From Geosiphon pyriformis uo1 (Eukaryota; Fungi; Glomeromycota): DNA of 64,000 bases. The stretch covers positions 372,001 to 436,000 of the forward strand of contig JAAOMT010000531.1 of assembly GCA_016748015.1 (NCBI GenBank), in the 5' to 3' direction. The translations under genes and the position numbers were made by a program. Positions 13,362 through 23,954 of this stretch are shown in pieces. Under the pieces are notes generated by a model. The model made no database searches. It was not told the DNA's origin and worked only from the letters and a program-made list of their open reading frames with translations. Position 1 is the first letter of the stretch. Each line of letters begins with the position of its first letter.

Positions 13362-14915
13362 ATGGGTGATTACTCATATCTGCCACAGCAATCAGAAGAA
13401 CACTTTGCAGCACACAACAGAAACAACCAAAGTTTCATTGAACTTAATTCTCTGCCCTCCTGCTTGATCTGTTTCCTTCTTGAAGAACAATCCAGTAGAC
13501 AATTCCAAGACTTTTGGAACTGGTTCCTGAACAAGCATTCAGCTGAAACCTACACAGCTTATACAACCTATTACTTTGACCAAGCTTATTTTGAAAATGA
13601 CTTTGAAGAAAAAAACAACAGTATCAATCAGCTCTTATATTCTGCAACCTTTGAACAACAGCCCCCTGATTTCGAATATCTGAATCATCAAATCCACATT
13701 TGAATTGCTGCCCATCAAGCAACTGAAACTCCCTTTGAAACAGAAAAAGAAAGCTACCAAACTACTTCTGTTTTTGATCTTTTATCAAGCGAATCAGACT
13801 CGTCTACACAAACAGTTACCCCTGAACCAATGGCTAATGACCCCATACAAGCAAACATTCTGGCTGCCCTCCAAGGTATACAAACTGCTCTAGGGCGAAG
13901 AAACAACACCCCAATACCATTATTTAGAGGTGATGCACAAGATCCAATTGAATGGTTAAATGACTTTGAAAGAGCCACTACAGCCAATCAATATAATGAT
14001 GAGTACAAATTCCAAATTGTTGGTGGCTATCTTCAAGGATCCCCTACTACCTGGTTTTCACAAGAAACAGATGCCAATGCCCAGCAAAGAATCATTAGAT
14101 GGACACCAGCAAATGTGGGAGAAATCAACACTTCTTTCACTATCCAGTTTAAAAACAAGTTCAGAACCCCAATATTAATATCAAAATAGCGTATGGAATT
14201 GGAAAGAAGAATCCAAGGTCCTGGTGAAGTTGTAACCAAATATGCCAAAGCAATCAGAAAGTTAATCAAATAAGTAAACACTAGAAGAAATTGAACAGAA
14301 GAACAGAAAATTCACTTCTTCACAAAAGGATTGAGAACTGATCTATTGTATGCTCTTTGGCCCCTCCTGGCCCTGAAAGATAATTCCAATATAGATATGG
14401 CCATTGAATTAGCACAAAGAATTGAAGACAACCAAAGGATGCACTTGGGATCTACACTACCAGTTTTTGCTCCTGTTACTGTCATGGCTCCTGCCCCTCA
14501 AATGGCTGCTACTTCTTTTGCCACTCACACTCAAGATCCAAATGAACAGTTAATAGACAGACTCACAGCAAATCTTGCTCAGTTATTAGAACCCTTAGCC
14601 CAAGCAGTCAGAGAAAATCAGCAACCACAAAGACCCAGATTTGAACCACGCTTCAATCAGTCCCAGCAACCACCTTATCAAAGACAACAAAATCATGGCC
14701 CACCTGTATGCTATCGCTGTGGATTAACTGGACACTTTTCAAAAGATTGCAACAATCCTCCACTGTCTCCACCAGTCCCCAGAAACAATAATGCTCAGAA
14801 CAACAGGATCAACAACAACAATGTGTCCAACCAAAGACCCAATCATGCCAACATCAATTTCTTTGGAGAGGATCCCCTAGTTGAAGCCACTGTTTATCAG
14901 CCTTTAAACTGGTAG
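13362..14915 (+). pseudogene. Gy-C gag
   Basis: ORFs 13362, 13830 and 14331 are in one frame, broken by stops. Motifs PLFRGDAQDPIEWLNDFE, IQGPGEVVTKYA and zinc knuckle CYRCGLTGHFSKDC. Confidence 0.88.
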
Positions 14916-14945
14916 GCGCACCTTCAAAAGGTGAGAGTGCAAGCC
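14903..14945 (+). promoter_or_regulatory. Predicted -1 ribosomal frameshift signal between gag and pol
   Basis: T TTA AAC heptamer in gag phase at 14903-14909, gag stop at 14913-15, downstream hairpin CACCTT-CAA-AAGGTG. The -1 frame is open into pol. Confidence 0.8.
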
Positions 14946-17587
14946 AACCAGAAGAAAACCCCTTTTACGCTTTTAACTTAACTGATAATGACCATGACAT
15001 GGATGAATTAGCAATCAACCCCTCTGAATCTACAAGAAAGAAGAAGAAAGCCAAAGTTGATTTCGTTTTAGACTCCAATAAAGCTTCTACATCAACTGCT
15101 GACAACAATAAGCCCCCAAAAGCCAAAGTTTTCAAGAATCCTCCAAAGTTGAAACCTCCAGAAATAGTACAAAAATCCAGTCCCTATTCTGTTGTCAAAG
15201 ACCTTATGGAAACCCCAGCACATATAACTTTTGGCCAATTGATGACCCATCCACAATTCAGAAAAGATCTTCGCAAATCTCTAATTCCAAAAAAAAAGAC
15301 ACCCAAAACCAACAAATGCCCTTGCCAAGCTGGACTTGCTGACAATAGCAATGTCACTCCTCTAATTTGTAAAGCCCAAGTGGCTGGTTACTTTATCGAT
15401 TTGATCCTAGACAGTGGATCATCTGTTAGTGTCATTGCCAAACACTTTTTTGAAGCAATTGGCAGAAAAATTGATGAACCATCCACACAACCAATGACCA
15501 ATGTGCATGGTGATAAGAAAAAAGGGCTTGGCATAGCCAAAGCTATTCCTGTCCACATCAATGGCATTAGCATTGAAACTGATATGGAAGTGTCTGAAGC
15601 AAAAGAATACACCATCATTGTTGGCAATGAATGGCTTAAGAAAGCAAAGGCTTTGCTTGATTATGAACTCTGTGAACTAACCATCAGATGTGGTGAGAAA
15701 CCCATTGTGGTTAAGTATCACCATTGGACAACTTCCCCAGTACCCAAGCAGAGTCCAGAAAAAAATGAATCAGATAATGAAGAAAGTGAGGAAAAAGAAG
15801 AACAAGAAGAACAAGAAGAAACTGCTGAACTCGCCTATACCATCTTTACTAACAATGGCAAACCACTGGATAATGTTAAGACAGATAAAGAAGGAATCAT
15901 TGTCAATGGCAAGCTGATCTGCTGGCCTTATTATGACATGCTCAGAAGAACCTTTGACAGAAAGCCAGGCAAGAAAGCCAAATACAGTTATTGGTGGCAT
16001 GGTCCTTGTGTCCAGTGCTGGTGTGACAAACCATTGTACTCTCCTAGTGATGAATGCATGTCCTGCCTGATCTATTACAAAGATTGGGAACCAATCAGCT
16101 TGATACCCTGAGAAGAAATAAAAGAAGTCCAAAAGTCCTTTGAAAATGAACCACCTGAAATCCAATTACTAATTGTAGAACAAAGAGAACTCTCTCCAGA
16201 AGAAAGAAAAGTAGACATTGAAAACCTGCTGGCTAGAAACAGCCCAGTTATCTCAAAAGAAGGTGAACCTCCTGGACGTACACATGTGATACAACACACC
16301 ATCATCATGAGAGAAACTCGCCCCATCCATTTGAAGCCCTATCAATCCAATAGACACAATGATGAGTTTATAAAAAAGGAAATAACCCGAATGAAAACCC
16401 TTGGATTCATACAGGAAACCAAGAGTGAATGGGCATTCCCAGTTGTAGTGGTATCCAAGAAAGGAGAAACCCTACGCTTTTGTGTTGACTATTGCCAATT
16501 AAATGCCATTACTGAAAGAGATATGTACACACTTTCCAAAATTGATGCAATGCTAGACCAATTCCATGGTGCTGCTTTCTTCTCAATCATTGACTTAACT
16601 GCTGGATTCTGGCAAGTAGAGATGGATCCAGAAAGCAGAAAGAAAACTGCCTTCATCACCAAGTATGGTACCTATGAATTCACAGTCATGCCTTTTGGTC
16701 TCACAAATGCTCCTTCCACATTTCAATGCTTAATGGACAAAGTATTTGAATCAGTAAAAAAAAACTTTGTTCTAGTCTACTTGGACGACATAATGGTATA
16801 CTCAAAAACCTGGGATGAACACCTTGAACATTTGCAAAAGGTTTTTGACCTCCTTAGAAATGCTGGTCTCAAGATCAATCCAATCAAATCATTCTTTGGA
16901 TGTTAATTCACCCAGTTTCTTGGCCATCTTATTACAAAAAATGGAATCTTCCCTGATCCAGCCAAAATTGAAAAAGTTCAAAACATTAGACAACCAATGA
17001 ATGTTCATGAACTACGCTCTTTTCTTGGTTTGGCCTCTTATTATCACAAGTTTGTTAAGAATTTCTCCAAAATCGCTGCTCCTCTCAATCAGCTACTTAG
17101 GAAAAACATCAATTATTACTGGGGCACTCATCAACAAAAAGCATTTGAAATTCTGAAAGAAAAACTGGTTACAGAACCCATCCTCATGCAACCTAATTTG
17201 AATCAACCTTTTATCTTCCACACTGATGCATCTGGCTATGGACTTGGTGCTGTTCTTTCCCAAAAAGATGAAGATGGCAGGGAACATGCCATAGCATATG
17301 CCAGTAGAACTTTCACACCAGCAGAAAAGAACTACTCAGTCACTGAGCAAGAATGCTTAGCAGTAGTTTGGGCTACCAGCTACTGGGACAAATATCTTAA
17401 GGGTGTGAAATTTTTGGTGATAACAGATCACCAAGCTTTGGTTTGGCTACACAACAAAAGAAACCTGAAACATAAATGGATAACTCGCTGGATACTCCAC
17501 TTGGATGAATTCAACTATGACATTCAACACCACAAAGGAGCTAATCATCAAAATGCCAACACTCTCTCCAAACTTACCATCCAGTGA
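14909..17587 (+). pseudogene. Gy-C pol: protease, RT and RNase H, with no fused integrase
   Basis: LILDSGSSVSVI, FCVDY, MPFGLTNAP, YLDD, FHTDASGYGLGAVL, TDHQAL and NQNANTLSKLTIQ*, followed by TAG TAA. One frame with two premature stops. Confidence 0.9.
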
Positions 17588-17652
17588 TAGTAAAACCCTC
17601 TCAAACCAAACCAACTTAATTATTTGTAACTCCTCCACAAACAAACATGATA

Positions 17653-18960
17653 ATGGACTTGGACAACTACTCTGCTTTAATGAAATTTTTGGGTAAAGAA
17701 CAATACCCGCCAGACTATAATTGACAACAAAGAGAACATTTGCGCAAACAATCAAATTTCTATTTGATTTACCAGAACCAGTTATATAAAAGAAATAGAA
17801 AAGATCCTGACTGCCCCCAGAGAGTCATTAGATTTGAAGAAAGAGAAATTGTGATCTACAATATGCACACTGATCCATTAGCTGGACACTTTGGAAAAAC
17901 AAAAACAATTCAGAAAACTTTAGCTCGCTATTATTGGCCTACTTTGGGAAAAGACATTGCTAAATACATCAAAACTTGTGATATCTGTCAAAGAAGAGGA
18001 AAACCCAATCGCAAGAAAGATATCCATCCAATCTCTGTTGGTCAACCATTTAATAGAATTGGTATAGATGTTGTTGGACCTTTAACAGTAACTCCTGATA
18101 GCAACAGATACATTATCACAGCTACCGACTATCTTACAAAGTGGGTAGAAGCAAGAGCCACCCCAGATCAAACAGCAGTCTCAATTGCCAATTTTATTTA
18201 TGAAGATATTATCTGTCGCCACGGCTGCTCCAAAGAACTTTTATCTGATAGAGGAAGAGCTTTTCTCAGTACACTGGTTGAAGAACTTTGCAGAAAAATG
18301 GGAATACGTTATAAACTCTTTTCCTCTTATCACCCCCAAACAAATGGCCTAGTAGAATGTTTCAATAGAACACTATGTGAAACCCTAGCCAAAACCAGTA
18401 AAGAAACCAACCTATGGGACAAAGTATTGCCTTCAGCCTTGTTTGCTTACAGAACTGTGAATCATGACATAACAAGTTATGAACCCTTTTATCTGCTCTA
18501 TGGATGAATGGCAACTCTACCAATAGAAACAGATATAGAAACAATACCTTTTGAAGAAATAACAATAGAAGATTACAAGAACATTTTGCAAAGAAGACTT
18601 GGTACCATTCTTGACTCATTAGTAGAAACACGGATAATTGCCTTTGAAAAGATAAAACAGATCCAAGAGAAGCTCAAAAAGAAAAAGACCTATAAAACAC
18701 TTTTCTTAAGTGTTGGTGACTTAGTTTTAGAATATTGTTCAGACAGAAACAATGTCTATGGTGATAAATTCTCTAACTGGTGGAAAGGACTCTTTATAGT
18801 CAACAAAGTTTTAAACAATGGTTTTTATATCTTACAAGATCAATATGGAACAATATTCAGTGATCACCCTGTTTATGGCACGCGACTCAAGAAATATCAC
18901 AAATGACCTGATTGGTTACCTGTTGTGGTAATACCGACCCAAATGATCAGCAAAAATTAG
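17653..18960 (+). pseudogene. Gy-C stand-alone DDE integrase ORF (HHCC, rve core, GPY/F-like motif, no chromodomain)
   Basis: Own ATG at 17647/17653 in a different frame from pol. Motifs HTDPLAGH..CDIC, IGIDVVGP, LLSDRG, YHPQTNGLVE and WKGLF..RLKKYH. Three TGA stops are consistent with CGA decay. Confidence 0.88.
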
Positions 18961-19007
18961 ATATAAATAAATGCACCATTTCCAAAACAGAGGTATCTTC
19001 AATTGAC

Positions 19008-19664
19008 ATGAACAATTATTTCTTGGATCAAAACATTCAAAACACTTTCTATACTCTCCATGAGTACTGGATTAAGAACTATCCAAATGCTACTCTGATT
19101 ATCGGAAAACAAACTACTATAACAGACAACAGTGGAACTCACACTGTTATTAGACCAAAGAAAACAACTACCAGAAGAGAAAGAATTAGTGGCAAAATGG
19201 ATAAATACCTGCTAGAAAGCATAACAGCAGTGATACTTTCACTTTCCAGCACAATTGGAAAAACAATACAAGAAATCTTGCCCATAGACAAAAACTTGTC
19301 ATATGGAAGACAACTAGAACTCTATGGTCGTCTTAGTAAAATCATAGAAGACATAAAGCTCATGAAGAAAACAACTTCAGAGATACAAGTGGAAATTTTG
19401 GGCATTATACAATTAGATGTCCCAAGAGTTTTGACCATTGCTAAAAGAGCCAGAACTCTAATACAAAAATTTGGTCTCTTGGATACAAAGCTTATTTTAC
19501 CTCAAGTACTATATACTCTATCCACAAAAGACTTCAACAAACTAGTTAGTTTTGAGTTAGACAAAACTCTTCACATAGACTATCCCATAAATAGTTTGAT
19601 TTTGCCAGAGCTCAATCTCTTTGGAGAGGATGATGTTATGGTTGAAACACAGAGTTTTTATTAA
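19008..19664 (+). CDS. Gy-C accessory ORF-X (~218 aa, unknown function, intact frame)
   Basis: Open frame between the integrase and the 3' LTR. Similar by eye to the ORFs at 21826-22484 and 4487-4785. No signal peptide or TM segment is evident. Confidence 0.7.
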   Translation: MNNYFLDQNIQNTFYTLHEYWIKNYPNATLIIGKQTTITDNSGTHTVIRPKKTTTRRERISGKMDKYLLESITAVILSLSSTIGKTIQEILPIDKNLSYGRQLELYGRLSKIIEDIKLMKKTTSEIQVEILGIIQLDVPRVLTIAKRARTLIQKFGLLDTKLILPQVLYTLSTKDFNKLVSFELDKTLHIDYPINSLILPELNLFGEDDVMVETQSFY

Positions 19665-20251
19665 TTATCACATGTATTAGCCAATGATGTCATATAATTA
19701 GCCACCCTATTTTTAGATAGTGATTGTTGACCACTTTAGACAGCTATATAAGCAATGATTCCCTCAGCTGTAGAAAGACATGATCAAAGTAACGAAATAA
19801 ACAATATCAATTACTTCCTCTCATAATTGCTTATTCCCCTTTCCTTACCTTGAAGTATCTACTTGTTGGCATTTACATACCTTATCTTTTCCCCTTCTTG
19901 ATTTGTATTTGTTAAAATTAGCCTGAGAAGCAATTGGCTTGCTCTTGTAATTCATTGAATAAAGAAACAATTGAAAAGTACAATGATACCTGTTATTGAT
20001 TCTAAGAATCACTGAGTTGAGGCATAGAATAATAGCAGTGGTATTATCTTGTTGACAATCATGGACTATTCCTCTACCTTCAGATTTAAGAAAAGATTAG
20101 CGACTGTGATTTTTATGAGACTGATCATGCACATTGAATTCCTACTTATTCAATTTGCTCCCTTATTGTAATTCCTTCTTTGTTTATTTCCATCACCATA
20201 CAATACTGTTTTCCTTTGCTATCCATTAGCTTGTTACTCCAACCCGTAACA
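19634..20251 (+). repeat. Gy-C 3' LTR (618 bp)
   Basis: TGTTATG...CGTAACA, with a single 12-bp unit at 19721-19732. Confidence 0.93.
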
Positions 20252-20932
20252 ATGTAATAAACCCAAATATTTGACAGAACCATCTGTATAGACAGTTATA
20301 GAGCCCAACCTGGAATTCAGTAGATGCTCACTAACATAACCAAAGTCACAAGGAGAGTTAGTAAGAATAGAATGAGGAGACAACATTATACTATTCAACA
20401 AGCCATCTTCAACTATAAATTTGACCAATGAAGCAAACCAGACAGGAACCAGGTCTCTAGGGTCTAGCTTTTTCCACTTGTGAAAAGTGTTTTATGTAAA
20501 ACACTTGCCATGGTAGTCCAGAAGCTGGTTTACAAACACCACACCATATTTTTTAAGAAACTTTGCTATACTTAAATAATACTCAAAACCAAGTACATCC
20601 AAGACTGCAATACTATTTCCAGCTTAAAAAACATCAGACAGATCACCACCCAATGATAGATTGCACAGTTTGAGAGCACATGTTGTGCCAGCCAAAAAGC
20701 AATTCACAGAATTGACCAGCAACTTAATCAGAAATTTAAGAGAGTACTGGGGCATCCAGCTAGTGGCTTGCAACTCCATGGCTCTGTGTTTAAATAATTT
20801 ACTGAGAATTCCATTAGCATTAGTGAATTTAACCAGGCCAGCCAGCAGATTTTCAGCCAGCACTTGCTCAAAAAGCCTTAAACCATATAGCTCTGGATGA
20901 TACAAAGTTTCATTTGGGAAATTCTTGGGCAG
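20252..20932 (-). mobile_element. LINE-1 upstream fragment (post-RT linker to start of RNase H)
   Basis: LPKNFPNETLYHPELYGLRLFEQV..., KKLDPRDLVPVWF and ITVYTDGSVK. Homologous to 28882-29420. Confidence 0.88.
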
Positions 20933-21812
20933 TGTTACAGGTGATTATTTCTGTTGTTGTATTGAATAACAAACCCGTAACTTGGTGCTCAAAAGCTACT
21001 TTTGTGGATGATGTGCTGAAAGTGTGGTATCTGAAGGTTTTGGTTGATCTGAAGGTTTTGTTGTGAAGTTCTTTGTATAATGAACAGAGATTCAGTGGTG
21101 ATGGTAGTAGTTTTTCTGGAGTCGCAATTATGCCCAATTTTTTTCTCAGCTTGGCGGCCGAATTTATTCTGGCAGTTGTGCCCTTCTGGTAAACTATCTG
21201 TTAATATATATAATTCTACTCTTATTTCTGGGTCTTTTACCAGGCTATTCTTAACATCAATAACTCAGTGCTTAATCTTTTTACTCAATTAGTATACAAC
21301 AACAAAATCAAAAAAATAAAATAAAATAAAAATAAAGAAAATAAAATTAAAAAAAATAAAGAAAATAAGCCAAGGCAATTTGGTACATTAGTATCTCGTC
21401 AATAGTCATGATCAAGAGCTATTGTTCTAGTGTGGTTAAGTATCAATTACTATCAACATAAAGTGTTGATAGTGAAGAGTGAATTGAGATATAGAATAAT
21501 TATTTATTTGATGGTTGGTTTCTTGGTTAAGGATTCTGTGGTATTGATTCTGTCTTTTCTGTTTCTAACACTACTGCTATATATACATAATTGGGATTCC
21601 TCAATTCTTCAATTTTTCACAACAGGAATCCTGGAATTCCTAGAATTCTGCGATTTTTTTAAGAGAAATCCTGCAATTCCTCATCAGGGAATCCTGAAAT
21701 TTCTGGAATCCTGCAATTCCTGAGAGAAATCCTGGAATTCCACATTTACTATGCTTACTTCTGATTGGCTAATAATTATGCTAATATATTTCCTATATTT
21801 CTATGAGTAATA
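20933..21812 (-). repeat. Gy-B 3' LTR
   Basis: Inverted homolog of the solo LTR at 11732-12579, adjacent to a PPT. Confidence 0.88.
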
Positions 21813-21825
21813 TTATTTCCTCCTT

Positions 21826-22484
21826 TTAATATTGAGCTCCGTCAAAATCTAACTCATGTAATTTCTTCTTTTGAAGTATTTCCTGGATTTTGTTTTTGAG
21901 AATTACTTGTGTTATTTGGGTCTGTAATTCTTCAAATTGAGCATTGGTAATTTTTCCCAATTGATTACTGGTAACCATATCCATTGCTCTGTCGAGCAAT
22001 ATTTCTGGTTTATCCTGAAATGCTGTGTGTATTCGGTATATGGCTCGAGCTTATGTAGATAAGTTGTTCTTTCCCACAAAATGTTTTAATTGTTGTAGTA
22101 TTCTTTTGTTGAATAATCGCTTTGTTTTATCCATATATAGATTCTGGATATTTATGTGTTGTTTCAAGTAAAATAACAATAGTTTCGTGGAAATTGTTGT
22201 ATCTATCAATTCCAAGTTTCTTTAGTCAACTCTTGATATAGTAACTCTTTTGTCGATTCTTTTACTGCTAATTTTACTTTCGCTATAATTTTGTCCACAG
22301 TATTTTCAGTTTTCTTCTGTGTTCTGAGTTGAAATGTCTTTCTAGTATCTTGATATCGAATGGTTTGTTAATTGATTATAATCTCTATTTCTTGGTGTTA
22401 GATTAATTGAAAGAGTTGTTGTGTTAGTGTGTGAATGTTGTCTGTAATTTCCATTTTTCTGATATTTCTTGTCGTGTTTACCAT
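21826..22484 (-). pseudogene. Gy-B accessory ORF-X (~220 codons, several stops, one frameshift near 22220)
   Basis: MVNTTRNIRKMEITDNIHTL...ARAIYRIHTAFQDKPEILLDRAMDMVTSNQLGKITNAQFEEL...DFDGAQY*. Confidence 0.72.
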
Positions 22485-22508
22485 GTCTTTATATATTCTT
22501 TTGATGGA

Positions 22509-23891
22509 TCAATTTAACGTGTTGTTGTCGATAATAATGATTGGTTCCAGATCTCATGGAATCTCATCTGGTTGGACTAGTATTCTCTGTACTCTTAATT
22601 GTGAAATATTACTGGTAGATGGTAGTGTAATGTTGTGATATGGTTTCAGTCAATTTCTATGTGCTGCTTTGGTTAAAATTTTGTTATCCAATCTTAATTT
22701 GTAAGCTCCATTTCCTAGAATTTCTTCTATGTAAAATGGTCTATCTTATTTGGGGTCAAATTTTCCACTCCATTGTTTTTTTGTTTTGGTATGATGTAGT
22801 AATACTTTGTTTCTGATCTTGAATTCAACTGGTTTGTCTGGTAGTTGACTATCGTGTCTTTCTTTCTGTGTTTCTTGTGACTTTTGGATATTATCAGCTG
22901 CTCTTCTTCATTTGTTTTCTAAGGTTTCCATTAAGTTATATGTTCTTCTCAGCAATGTTTCTTGAAAATTTTCCTCTGTTATTGGTTTAACTGGATATGT
23001 ATTAATTTCTCTCTCTACTGGTAACGTTGCTATTCTCCCATATACTAATTCAAATGGTGTTGCTTGTGTAGTATCTTGTTTCGTTGTCCGATAAGCAAAT
23101 AGTACTGATGGTATGAACAAATTCCAATTGTTCTGGTTTTCTTGGCTGAGCTTGGCTATTGCTTCACACAATGTTCTGTTGAATCTTTCTACTAATCTGT
23201 TGGTTTGTGGATGGTATAGTGATGATAATGGTCTCTTAATTCCGAATCTTTGGCTCAATTCTGTTAATGTTCTGTTCACAAAATGAGTTCTTTGGTCTGA
23301 TAATAATTTTTTTAGACATCCATGTTGACAAATCAAATCCTGATGAACAAATTCAGCAACGGATTCTGCATCCGCTCTTTGAATTGCTTTTGTTTCTGGC
23401 CATTTAGTGAGATAGTCCATAGCTACTGTTATGTATCTGTTTCCTCTGCTGGTGATTGTTAATAGTCCGACTAAATCAATTCTCATACAGTCAAATGGTT
23501 GTTCCACTTTGATTGGTCTTAATGGTTCACTGGGTCTTATTCCTCCTCTTCGCTGACAAGCATCACAATTTTGAACATATTGAATAATGTCTGGGTACAT
23601 TGATGGCCAATAGTATTTTTTTCTAGTTCTTTCCATGGTTGCTTCTTTGTGAAAATGTCTTGTTGTTGAATTTAAGTGCATGTTAAATAATATTGTCTCT
23701 TTTTCTGGCTCTGTAATTACTCTGGTTGGTTGATCTAGATCCCTTCTATTTTTCCGATAAAGTATATTTTGGTAAGTGATAAAATATTTTGATTGTTGTT
23801 TGATACTCCTTCATTCTGTATGAGATAAATTCTTCTTGAACTGTTGAGTGTTTAGATAATGTTGCAATTGTTGATATTTTTGTATGTTCAT
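22509..23891 (-). pseudogene. Gy-B stand-alone integrase ORF
   Basis: ATG at 23891 (MNIQKYQQLQHYL), CDACQRR, IDLVG, LLSDQ, YHPQTNRLVERFNRTL and a GPF-like motif KFDPK*DRPFYIEEILGNGAY. Confidence 0.88.
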
Positions 23892-23954
23892 CTTTTATTG
23901 TATTTTTCCGTTGGTATTGTTCTGGTTTTATTATATTTTTGGGTTGAAATGTTC

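Larger units (their letters stand above)
12584..20251 (+). mobile_element. Ty3/Gypsy LTR retrotransposon Gy-C (full length, no dUTPase, lightly decayed)
   Basis: LTRs at 12584-13309 and 19634-20251, tRNA-type PBS, PPT GGAGAGGATGA at 19623-19633. TSD ACGT (12580-83) / ATGT (20252-55). Confidence 0.95.

Noticed and set aside
14892-14930. 39-nt GT-AG intron joining gag to pol
   Set aside because: Splicing it keeps the gag frame, which soon stops. The -1 frameshift explains the junction.
15388-18631. Antisense ORFs over Gy-C pol/IN and over ABCB exons
   Set aside because: Shadow frames of real coding sequence with no recognisable motifs.
19008-19664. env gene or chromodomain after the integrase
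   Set aside because: No signal peptide, TM helix, furin-type site or chromodomain aromatic cage is recognisable.
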